A DNA stretch of 60,880 nucleotides, filler included, from Porpidia crustulata (GCA_964255105.1; 3 parts of 3 records of this genome joined end to end with filler, not necessarily neighbours in it); one strand, 5' to 3'. Positions 14,101 to 24,551 are shown, numbered from the whole stretch's first letter. Numbers and translations: made by a program. Notes: generated from the sequence alone by a model not told the origin.

Positions 14101-14274
14101 GGGGAGTACTATCAGGAGAAGGGAGATCTTGATCTGGGGGTATGGTGAACTCTCGACGGAAAGCTTGTGTCAGCCAAGGATCCAAGGGTAGCAGGAATGA
14201 GACCAGTGGAACCAGAGGAACTACTGACATACATCATGGGAACCATGAAGGGTGCTCGTTATGGGGTGACTTGA
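11144..14274 (+). pseudogene. SNF2-family (SF2) ATPase/helicase pseudogene
   Basis: Motif I GGIIADVVGLGKT, Ia ILIAVPGGLIQQWIDEV, II LVVLDEAHSVKN, III LTATP, and HelicC SPKL..KVIIF..GGYGMNLQ..QAAGRARRMG. One intron at 12419-12473. In-frame stops at 11312, 11654, 12939, 13203, 13422 and 14146, plus a frame change near 13470. Confidence 0.88.
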
Positions 14275-14841
14275 CGAAGCCTTCGCTAGGAGTTGAGGTG
14301 GGAATGAGGAGGAAATGCGGTAAGAGTGCGGTGAGAACGAGGTGGGGGTGGAATGAGGCGAGATAGGGATGACTTGGATCTGAGGGGGTGAGGGGGGAAA
14401 TGAAGGAGGTGAAAGGGTGAGAATCGAGCTTTGAGCCTTGACTTTGACTTTTTTGCCTCCAGGGGCTACTTTTCCTATCTGTTTCTTTCTAGCTAGCTAG
14501 CTCTGATACTGCCTCGACCATGTTAAGATCTTCACAACTGCTCATTTTAAATCATTAACGCAGATCTGCCTGACCTGTCTCCGACTGTCATACCGCAGAA
14601 GAGCAAACATTTCTCGTATAATCTTTAAAATTGAGAAGTTCCGCAGCAAGAAGAGTCGACGACGAAACATGTCTTTGACATCTCAAAGTTCCTTGACGGT
14701 GCCGGAATACTATACTTGATAAACGACAGAACTCGGATTGAAATGACGCGATGTTCTTGATGCTTTGATGTTCTTCAATCAATTCGTGATCTCGAGCGAC
14801 GAATCAGACTCGTGCTTTGATTTCTCCTCCGGCGGCCAGGA

Positions 14842-15053
14842 TAGGAGTAGGATATTTTCAACTCCACTGCCTTGGGGAGCCAGTCAAGAGAAGATTTTAC
14901 ATCGCCGGGGAACGATGGAGCATTAGTGTAATGTTAGGGGCCGTTTTCAAGAGGTCCCCGCCTGGTGCATGAAGCACAGCAATGGGAGTTGGTTGCTAAA
15001 TAGGGGGTGATCAACGAGGATATTAATGCGGAAGAAGGAAAGAAGGAAATGGG
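14842..15053. repeat. Right arm of diverged ~200-bp inverted repeat (partner 9371-9570)
   Basis: ggagtaggatattttcaactccactgccttggggagc..agattttacatcgccggggaacgatggagcattagtgtaatgttaggggccgttttcaagaggtccccgcc..atcaacgaggatattaatgc..aaggaaatgggg. Confidence 0.85.
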
Positions 15054-15397
15054 GCACATGTTGGGACACATTGGGACACGTCGTTAGTCATGCGAGATAT
15101 TGGTATGATGCATTGGTCTAGAAAATAATTCCATCCCCTGACAAAGATGGTACTCCAAGCTCATGCAAAACGCAAAGTACTCGATGCAACCCCCAACCAA
15201 AGCCCGACGCCACCGATCCTTTTGAACATTTCACAAGAAGGCTTACATACAGACATTTTCTTACCACCGCGATTCAACAAACCCATACATACTATACAGA
15301 CGACGCTTGCCTGATCCAGGCTCGCAGTTGCGTCTTACTCGGCAACGATCGAATCAGCCTTCGCAAAGGAGCGGTCCAACCCGGAATCGCATTGATA

Positions 15398-16707
15398 TCA
15401 CCCCCTAAACGCTGAGAGTCAGCTAACCGAAACATAGGTACTGCTGCTGGGAATTTGATTGCATACCTTTTGTAGGCGCAAGGCCGCATGCCGTGATGTA
15501 TTCGACCATCGTTCCCATGATCGCAATTCTATTCGAAAAGTTAGTAAGCACTGTGGTCCATGTGTAATAATGTCAAATGGGAATTGCGTACGAGTCGGCA
15601 TTCTCGGCTGATTTCAGGCCGACGCAGTTGGACCAGCCGTAGGAATCCTTGTTGAAGAGTTGCTCTCCAATCCACCCGATGACGCCCTTTTTGCCGGAAT
15701 CGTTGGTGCGACCGCCGGCCTTGGTATGTGTCAACTGAAGGTTAGGGTCTGCATCAGTGTCTTTCATATGCTTATCTTTCGGAAGTGATACTGACTTCGT
15801 GCATCATGGTTTGAGTGAAGCTACCGAGCCCATCGGCCGCTGTTTTGTGGGCCATGGCTAGTGAATCTACCACCGACTTCAACTTCTTTTGCCAAGCAGA
15901 GCATTTCTTCTCCGCCGGTGGTTCCAGATATTTGTCTAGATACCTGCGCGTAGGTCAGAAAAGCGCTAGAGCTGTTTGTAGTAGGATGCATACCAAGGAC
16001 AGATCTGAATGATAGATGGTTTATTCACGCTAGCATCCTCCGCAACAGTAGTGTACATCTCGATGTCGTTGGTCTTGAAACACTTGTTGTAGAAATCGCC
16101 AGCTTCGAAATAGTGCACTGAATCGGCAAACACTGTGCTTCCGGCAGCGGCTCCTTGTCTCGTGTCAGGAATATCCTTGAAGCGTGCTCCAGTGCAGTAA
16201 ATTATCTAAAGAAAGTTCGATGCATTAGCACGCGCATCCGTGGGAACGAAAATGTGCACTTTACCGCGTCCGTAGGCAAAACGTCTGCGTCTACAAGGTC
16301 TACGGGGGGATTCCCCCGAGTGGAGAATCTTGAAGCACCATACAAATTGTTTAAATTCGTCACGATGCCCGGCAAGTCGCCACCGTTAAATAAAAATCCA
16401 GCCGTGTCGGCGACAGCCTGGATTTTGTCTGGGGCGTTTTTGGCGACCTTGTCAAGCTCCTGAGCTGTTCTCTGTATCCTCGTAAAGGCCTGATCGATTT
16501 TGGACTTGATGAGATCCCTTTCTGATCAGCGGGCATTGCGGTTAGCCGGATTCCTGTGAATATCGTGCATCACGGCATAAAGCCTATAAAAGTGATGATT
16601 TGGGGACGGAACAGCTTACTGTCTGTGGGACAATCTTGGGCGAGAACGTAGGCATGACCGATATGAAGTATGGAAAGAAATGGGAAAGCTAAAGAGTGGA
16701 GCTTCAT
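15398..16707 (-). CDS. Secreted HExxH zinc metalloprotease, deuterolysin/aspzincin (M35)-like, at least 6 exons; 3' end approximate
   Basis: Manual splicing with GT-AG and branch sites gives signal peptide MKLHSLAFPFLSILHIGHA-YVLAQDC, then ..IIYC..PSIIQICPW|YL..SFTQTMMHE|LTHTKAGG.TND..SYGWSNCVGL..NADS. Confidence 0.78.
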
Positions 16708-18201
16708 GTTGAAGGCTGATGGTGGTCAAGAGAGAACGAGTGAATGATGGGAGAGAAAAACGGAAAGCCGAAGGAAACAGAGGAATGATAGTTTGGTCAA
16801 AGGAAGGACAAATGGGTTGTTTCGTCGCAGAGAGTTTGTTTGCATGATATAGTCTGAAGATCTGACCAGCAGAGAGGCGGTGCGTTCACACTATGGACAT
16901 GATGAAAGTACTGTGCCATGTCCGGAAATTGCGCCAACGACGAGAATAAAATAGCAGTAATCTTGCAAGACTAGCTTGCGTCTTTGTTCTGGGATTGATC
17001 GTTCGTATGTCAGACTGATCGTTTACACAAGCTAGAAGATCTGATTGGTAATGACCAACACAGCCCGAGGCCTTGAAGATTGGATTTTCGCCTGGCTCGT
17101 CGCGGACTCCCCAACGCGAGTCATAACCGATTGGTCGTCTTCATCGCTTTCTGGTGTTTTCGGTAGTCCACCGAAACTCCTAGCGCTTACCACGCTTGCC
17201 ACGGCAAGTATATCGATACGGAACTCCTCAAATATGTTGAAAGGTAAAGGTGATCAAAGTAGCTAGACCACAGCATACAACGGCTGAAACAGATGAAGGG
17301 AGGTTCACTTGGCGCGCTTTGGTACAAGGATGTTTCACCTCAGGATTTAAGGTACGAAATAAGGGAGGCGGAGCCGCTTTGGTGGCGTCTGTGGGTGATT
17401 AGCGCCGTTAGAGGCCACGCAGCCTAACCGGAAGTATCATTAATCTCAACCCACACTACGCACGGCGTTTCATCAGCCCTCACCATCTCAGAGCCCACTA
17501 ACGAGTTCCTGGAAACCTCTGCGAAACATGAGCTTCGGGTACTTGGGAATAGAATGTTAGCCCCCACAGCCATGCCTCAGACCCGAAATGTCCTTGGCAG
17601 TTGGTTATTCGCTTACCAGTTAACTACTTTCTCACCACAAGTAGTGTTTTCGCATCTAGAAGCTGAGCTATGGTCCAATCTTTCCAATCGTTGAGTCCGG
17701 ACCATCCAACCAGTCTGGATAGCCTCTTACTGTGCCTCTTACATCTCCCAGCGCCCTCGTGGTCTAAAATCATCTTGTGTTTTGAATCGAGAAGATTCAA
17801 TCTTAATTATTAAGATTAGCTGATTTGTTGGTCTCAATCTGACGATATCACTCGTATACTTATCCGTGCCCCAATGAGGCGAAGCCAGAAATCAGGACCA
17901 TGATCTTCCCGAAGAGGGAGTTTTCTCACCAGTGCGTTCAGGACGCTTGGAAATTTTCAAATTTGGCCTGGCAGTGCTCAGCGTACGCTCAAATACCTCC
18001 GGCGCTATAAGGAAACTGCGACCAACTTAAATGTCTGCTAGCAGTCTCCAATTTCTTATATTTTATACCCCATTTCCATCTTCCGTCTTGATTTATGATT
18101 GTGTCTACGTCGCTCCTTCATTGAATCTCTACACTCTTTGACTTGCTACTTACTGCTGTGGTCTTCTGCGTGCGTGCACAATAGAGGGCACAACTCACAT
18201 A

Positions 18202-20243
18202 ATGCATTATTCATACCAATTACTTCTTTTTGCAAGTGTTCTAGGCGTAGTACGAGGGACGGCCCCCCCTGAAATTACCAAGGCCCCTCATGCCTATGTA
18301 AAACGAGATGACTCCAAGGTGACTTTGAACATTGGTCCCATAACAAATTATCAGCAGACCACAGTGAGTCCGGCGGTACCAACGATGTCAAACACTACTA
18401 ACCTGAACGCAACAGACGGGTGTGAAGCAGCCTAGTGGGACTTCTCTGGCCATTTACCCTACCGGCGCGACAGCTATTCCCTCTGGCGGCATATATATTC
18501 TCCTTGGATCGGACCTCCAAGCGAGTCTAAAAACTGCAGTCAAAGCCAACTGCGCCAATGTCAATGATCAGAAATGCCTGGATAGCATCTCAAACGTCTT
18601 CAGTAGCGACGGAGATACCATCGAAGGCCGTGCCGAGATAAACTGGCTCTCGGCTGGCAGAGGAGCCGGCCATGTTGCTTTTGTCTTCTCCAAAATCGTT
18701 GCGTATCTCACCGCGAAATGGGAAGACAATGCTGGTGGGCCTCAGCCGCCACCTCTGAACTTTCATTTCCCTGCGAGCGCCCTATCCCAGGTAAGCAGTG
18801 CATCATCTGCGAGTCTCGCGGTGTTCCAGACAGCCGCAAATGATCCCAGCGCTGCATCCGTTACCATGGACGCCACTGCCACTGGCAGCTCACCGTCAAG
18901 TTCTCCAAAGTACGTTGTTCCGTCGCTCATGCTCCGAATGATGTGTATCATGCTTATCAATTGCGCAGAAGCAGTGGCCCGCTCAGCACAGTGACTGCGG
19001 ATGGGAATGGACAAGCAAAGGGTGACATTGAGATTGATCTTGACGATGCTGGGGCAAATGCGCTCAACAGCTTCTTCCACAAGGGTAAATGTCAACCGGC
19101 CCCCGCGAGACGTGACTTGAGTCGCAGAGACCCCACGGTGGTCGACTGCCTGGTCAATAACGCGCAAGATATTCTGAACGCTATGGGCGTCAACGGCGCA
19201 CTGAATGCAATTGCTCAGCCCGCAATGCAAGTCGCGACGACCTTTCCCCTTCCCGAATTCGCAAACGCAGATTATGCAGCAGCATTTGGAGAATTTGCTG
19301 TTTGGGCCGGCGACGCTGTCCCAACTGTCCTGAATGGTATCGCACAGCCTGAAATCGTACCGGCAACGATTTTCGTTTTCCTCTTAGCTGTCGCGGATTA
19401 CGGCCAAACCTTCATGCAGGCTCGAAAGCTTTTTCTTCAATCCAAAAGTCTTTTGACTGACAAGCAATTTGCATTGATTTGCCCGAGCCAAGGTAGCAAA
19501 TTCTACCCATCTTGCGGCAAGTTTATCTGTCAGGGAAAGAACGGCAAATGCACCACAGACCTGATGAAGCCCTGCCCGTGCTCAGACACTGCAGCGAATT
19601 GCCCTACCGATTTCAAGAAAACGCCTTTCTGTTCTGCGTGCGGCGGGAAAGCTGGTAAGTGCACATCTGGCAACAACAATGGCTGTGCCTGTATCGAAGT
19701 GGTCGAGGCCAACGCCATTGGCCCTGATCCCCCGACCTGGCTCGACACGCAGCAAACGCTCCTGGGCCAGATTGGCGAATACAAGCCCGGCTCCAACGGC
19801 GCCGCGCCAGCCTCCTGTAAAACCGGGTCAGGAGACATCTCCGAAATCCCCTACAACGTCTTTTCCCCGGGTATATTCACGAAATTCTGCGACAAGGTCA
19901 AATCCTCCCCGAAAGACAAACTTACCCAGATTGTTGACGCCAGCGGCAACGTCATTCCCCCCAAGGCGAAAGAAAGGAGTCTCAACCAAAAGCGTACCCC
20001 GCCACCCAATCCTAGCTCCTACTCCGGCTACAGCATCTCCCTCCAATGGACCGGTGGCGACGGTTCCTGCTCCGCCGACTGCGCCGCTTCTTACGGCAAT
20101 ATGGCCAACAGTCCCTGTGGCCACCAAGGCGGCCAACAAAACGTCATGGCCAAAGCGGGCGAAATCGACACCGGCTGTGGCAAGTATTCGTATTCCATCA
20201 GCCCACCTCCCGGCTCCTCCACCACAACCACCAGCGCGCCCAC
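18202..20243 (+). CDS. Secreted cysteine-rich modular protein of unknown function; truncated by gap
   Basis: Signal peptide MHYSYQLLLFASVLGVVRG; introns 18364-18415 and ~18910-18968 join three ORFs in frame. Dibasic Kex2-like sites (VKR, SRR, QKR) and Cys-rich modules (CPSQ..CGKFICQGKNGKC..CPC..CSACGG..GCAC). Confidence 0.8.
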
Positions 20244-20343
20244 NNNNNNNNNNNNNNNNNNNNNNNNNNNNNNNNNNNNNNNNNNNNTTAATTAATTAAN
20301 NNNNNNNNNNNNNNNNNNNNNNNNNNNNNNNNNNNNNNNNNNN
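20244..20343. other. Assembly gap with artificial all-frame-stop linker TTAATTAATTAA
   Basis: N run - TTAATTAATTAA - N run, 100 nt in total. Confidence 0.98.
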
Positions 20344-21129
20344 ATCGTTTTTGGTGGGGAGTGCATTTGCTGTCGGAGTGCAACTAGTGTCGGATTACGT
20401 TAGTATGTTACAAATACGTCCCGCTCGTCAGGGACTCAACCCTGCTCAGTGGCTTGGTCTATTCTCCCGATGCACCTGTTAAACGTATTTAACTTTACCC
20501 GCATGTACGAATGACAGCTCCGTAGTTTACATAGCGGTGAGCGTCGACTTTTTGTTGCCTCAAGTCCTCGGTTTTTCAAAAGCAGACGAACTCCGGAATC
20601 CCGGAGCGTAGGATTGGAACGTCTTCTTCCTTAACGTTAGCTTGGGCCTCCGAGGGCCTCTAGACTATCACGAAATCAAGCTCAATGGTAGTCGACCCTC
20701 CAACTCATCCTTCTCGCACCATCCCACGAACTAAGCGACTCCTGCAGAGCAACTCTTTAATGTCCGATTGGCCTGCCTCAAATGTCTGGCCAGGTATATC
20801 ACCTGGTTCACTGATTCCTTGGTTTCTCATTCCAGCACTCCGATTCCAGGACTTGAAGCGGGGACGAGTACGGACGAATTCTTTCTTCTCAGGTCACTTT
20901 GTACTTTTCGTGGACGTGACTTTGTGTTTGATTTGAGTCTCAGACGTATGCCGGCAAGTCCCTAGCGGGTTGCGCCTCACACACACGTACCGTACCTTAC
21001 CCCCAGCAGCTCGGGGCGAGCCCGGCCGTCTGCCAGAAACGGCCCGTCAACCTGGTAGGGACTTGCCGAGAGACGTCGGTTGTCTAAACTCCGATTAGCG
21101 GACTATAAGCCACATCCAGGCCCGGAGTA

Positions 21130-22955
21130 CGAAGCAGTGCGCACTAGTCTCCATCCTCCATCGTGAGAGTAGTATTTCACCAGTAGCTTCAAATACTTCA
21201 AACACATAATAATAATCGAAAAACCATCTGTTTCCTATTGCGGCTAGTCTACTACCACTTCGTCGCAAGCCCTTTGCGCTGTTTGGCTGGCGCCATACGC
21301 ACGGGCATGGTTTTAATGAGCTTCCAAATGTCTGCGTTCGTGATCTTACCTCATTCTTCAAGCACGACGTCAATCATTTAATATTTGTTTGTAATAGAGT
21401 GCTCTCTGACCTTGATACGTGACTTGATGAGTCTCCAGATGTGCTCAACGATGTTAAAATCGGGCGAACTGAGCGGCGAAGCCACGAAGTCAATGTCCCT
21501 GTCCAGTTTGGCTTCTTTAACTGGATTCATGTCCTTCACAAACAGTTCATGAGCTGAGTTACCGTCGTTATTAGTTTAGTAGACAAGTGCCGTAACGCCG
21601 TTGTCATTGAAAGTATGAGCCCACTATACGATTGATGACCTGATCGGCGTAATCTTGTTGATTGAAGTCCCTTCTCTTGCCGTGACCTTCTAGAATGATC
21701 AAAGAACTGATTCAATAGAATCCAATCATGCCCCAAGCTGTGAACGAAGATCGACCACTTCTGAACTGATTTTGAGCGCAGTTTGGATTGTGACGATCTT
21801 CAGAAGTGCGTATAACGTATTTCGTGCCCTGCATGCTTGTTTCAAATGTAACTTCGTCGCTCCACATCCAGAGCAGCCAGTATATCAGTTGTTGCGCATA
21901 ACGATCCTCAATAATGATCCAGAACAGTCGCCTCGTAGCAGCTACAGGTTCAATGAAGGAATGTCTGCAAGTCTTGTATTTGTGATATTCACGCTTGTGC
22001 ATAGCTCTTCGAATAGTATCGTTCGAAACGTCTTCGCGCTCAATAGCTTGAGTTAACGCCTTTCTAGAAAGCGTACGAATATGATAGTTCGTAGTAACGA
22101 TATCAATTATTCTATCGACCTCGTCTTTAACTATTAGTGTCAGCGTTTCGCTTTTAACTGATGTTCTACCGAACAACCCAAACCCTAAGATATTCCACCA
22201 ACTCACAACCCAAACCTTAAGGCTTTCAACTAATGTTCTACTGAAGTACACCAAAGCCTAAAAAACTCCAAAAATGCAAAGAAAGGTTTTGCGATTTCGT
22301 TTTCTAGTGTGTGCCATAGCCCTCGCGTCAGAGGCCAGCTGAACAGTAACTGCAATTGTCTACGAAGCTTGACGTCCCTGGCACTTAGAACTCCTGTACC
22401 TGCTGCGGTACTACAGGGATTATATATCTGACTAAAGGTGTGGGCGGGTGGGCGAATTAATCGCCAAAGTGCTTGATACCGGCCTTCTTACCAACGATGC
22501 AGAATGGTAGGAGACAACGGGGAACAACTGGCTATGTCCCCTCATAAAAGACCCGGGATCTCTGCGGCGTGTGCGGCCTCGCATGCGTTAAAAGCACTGC
22601 CCACTAATTACCAATCAAGTTGAACAAATACGGGCGGGCGTTGACGAGATGTGGGAGAACGACGATCAGAGTTGACGACGATCAGAGTTTTTGCTGAGAA
22701 TATCGCGAAGCATGATTCGGGGTACAACGGTTTTTTTGACAAATGCGCGGTATCCGAAGCCTGCATCGAAGTGTAAGGTCTTCACACGCTTTCTTTAAGG
22801 CGTGTGCCATTCCGTATTAGGCTCGTGAGCAGTGGGAGACGACATTGTATGATGATTTGTATAGTGATTTGTCTCAAAAAGATCGGATGATTATGTGAAA
22901 GCTCCGCTCGGCGAATAGGGGGAGGCGGGGGCGGAGACTAGTGCACACCGCCTCG
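21130..22955 (-). mobile_element. Degenerate Tc1/mariner DNA transposon (~1.8 kb including a nested insertion)
   Basis: Minus-strand transposase remnants MSSPTAHEPNTEWHTP*.., WMWSDEVTF..WGMIG, SPDFNIVEHIWRLIKSRI..MPVRM..KGLATKW*. TIRs cgaagcagtgcgcactagtctcc (21130-21152, preceded by TA) and ggagactagtgcacaccgcctcg (22933-22955) match at 20/23. Confidence 0.88.
22155..22623. mobile_element. ~470-bp non-coding insertion interrupting the Tc1 transposase
   Basis: Separates the N-terminal and DDE halves of the transposase. Ends TTAACTGAT.. and ..ATCAAGTTGA are imperfectly inverted. Internal direct repeats aact(g/a)atgttctac(c/t)gaa and caacccaaacc(c/t)taag. Confidence 0.55.
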
Positions 22956-22969
22956 AACAATGAGCCACC

Positions 22970-23199
22970 GGTGTCGGCAAAAAAGTTCGCAAAGTGGACC
23001 TCATTCATAATGCAATAATTCTTCGATGAGTTGGCTTGACATATCTTCTAGTTGTAAACTTATAGTATAAATAGAGATAAGTGACTTCTGTACCAAAAAT
23101 TTCTTTATTAACTAGACTACTAAGAAGATAGAGAAAGTCGTGAGACATAGATTTTCCGATTTTCGCGGGTCCCACTTTGCGAACTTTTTTGCCGACACC
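22970..23199. mobile_element. MITE, 230 bp, 28-bp perfect TIRs, probable 8-bp TSD
   Basis: ggtgtcggcaaaaaagttcgcaaagtgg ... ccactttgcgaacttttttgccgacacc; flanks GAGCCACC / GAGTCACC; AT-rich interior. Confidence 0.88.
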
Positions 23200-23521
23200 G
23201 AGTCACCTTCCCGTGTCAATAGTACGATCCTAAAATCCTTCAATCCTTCACACTAGCTGGTCCTGAGTGGCAAACCATCAGCCGAAGTTGGAGCTCACGA
23301 TATCAGTGCCAGTTGCTCGTCAGTCGCATTTGAAACTTGAATCAGGTTTGATCTCAAATTGCTCGATAAACAACCGTTCAATGATCGCATACTGTTTATA
23401 TGACAATATCATCATATTTCCAAAATGTAATTGAATAGTGAATACCGTAGATTCAGCAATCGAAAAGCTCACCGCTTGCTGCTTCCCGCTAGAGACGCGT
23501 GATGTCTGTCTACACGGTATC

Positions 23522-23688
23522 CGGGGTATTAATTGTTAGTACATAACCTATACGGAAGAAGATTCTAGACAGTCTTTAATCAAAATAAAATCTAGAGCGT
23601 CTACAAGAGATAATCAGCTAGCTGTTCAAAGTAAGAGAGTCGTCGTCACTAATGCTAGCGAGTGTTGATATTAACAATTAATACCCCG
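23522..23688. mobile_element. MITE-like element with 17-bp perfect TIRs
   Basis: cggggtattaattgtta ... taacaattaataccccg; a third related end ccggggtattatttgttagtac at ~23873. Confidence 0.75.
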
Positions 23689-23749
23689 TCTACTATGTAC
23701 ATAATAGTTGGCGTGCTACCTAGAGTAGGAAGAGACTGCGAAGTGACAG

Positions 23750-23834
23750 CACCAGGGTCTGCCAAAAGTCAGTGGAGTTGTTTTGGTGGGGCCTCGGTAG
23801 GGCTGACTCCACTGACTTTTGGCAGACCCTGGTG
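23750..23834. repeat. 85-bp hairpin / mini-MITE with 29-bp perfect arms
   Basis: caccagggtctgccaaaagtcagtggagt - 27 nt - actccactgacttttggcagaccctggtg. Confidence 0.9.
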
Positions 23835-23966
23835 ACAGGACCCTGGCCACGGACGCGCGCCTACTGTGTAGCCGGGGTATTATTTGTTAGTACGATCTAC
23901 AAATACAGGGGAGTTGATTGATCTGCATATCTGTGGCTTCTGTACTCACAATCAATATCCCGGATA

Positions 23967-24551
23967 CCGGGTCTCAACTCGGCTAGGATCGGAAAAACCT
24001 CGGCGGGGGTCAGAAGCCGTACCTCGGCACAAGGTGAACGCGGGTCCAAAAGAGCAGAAACCTTATCTAGAGTCAGAAAACACATATATTCATGAACTCA
24101 ATTCTCAGCATGTACATAGCATGTACGCAACATGAACGTAGCATATTTGTAGCATATACACAGCATATGCAGAACATATGTTATATGTGTGATTCCGTTT
24201 TAATACTTAAAAACTAGGTAAATATATGTGATAATGTAAAACGTAAATGTTATTCATGAAGTGATTTATAAAGTACGTTCAACACGTGATTAATATTAAA
24301 ATATTTTAAAACATGTTATTCAATATTTTGTTATGTGTTCTGCATATGCTGTGTATATGCTACAAATATGCTACGTACATGTTGCGTACATGCTATGTAC
24401 ATGCTGTGTATATATGTTTAAGTTGAACATATGTTCAAGCTCATCTAGAATCAGCTCTGCATATGCTCAAGTTCGTCGCGGGTCAAGATTTAAAGCTAGC
24501 GATTTCGACCCGTGCTCAACTATTTCCGACCCGTGTTGAACTGTGACCCCG
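23967..24551. mobile_element. Foldback element with near-perfect ~73-bp inner inverted repeats and weak outer inverted ends
   Basis: 24106-24179 (cagcatgtacatagcatgtacgcaacatg..gcagaacatat) vs 24332-24406 around an AT-rich core. Outer ends ta|ccgggtctcaac.. and ..aactgtgaccccg are only loosely complementary. Confidence 0.75.

Noticed and set aside
20244..20343. TTAATTAATTAA palindrome within Ns (also at 40615-40626) as a biological site
   Set aside because: Identical sequence centred in both 100-nt gaps; it is an artificial contig linker with stops in all frames.
20952..21100. Hammerhead, HDV or twister ribozyme call for the hairpin cluster
   Set aside because: Conserved catalytic cores could not be located on either strand; kept only as an unassigned structure.
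22970..24551. CRISPR-like array or RNA genes in the repeat-dense zone
   Set aside because: The repeats are unrelated inverted pairs, not regularly spaced direct repeats; eukaryotic context; no tRNA or rRNA signatures recognised.
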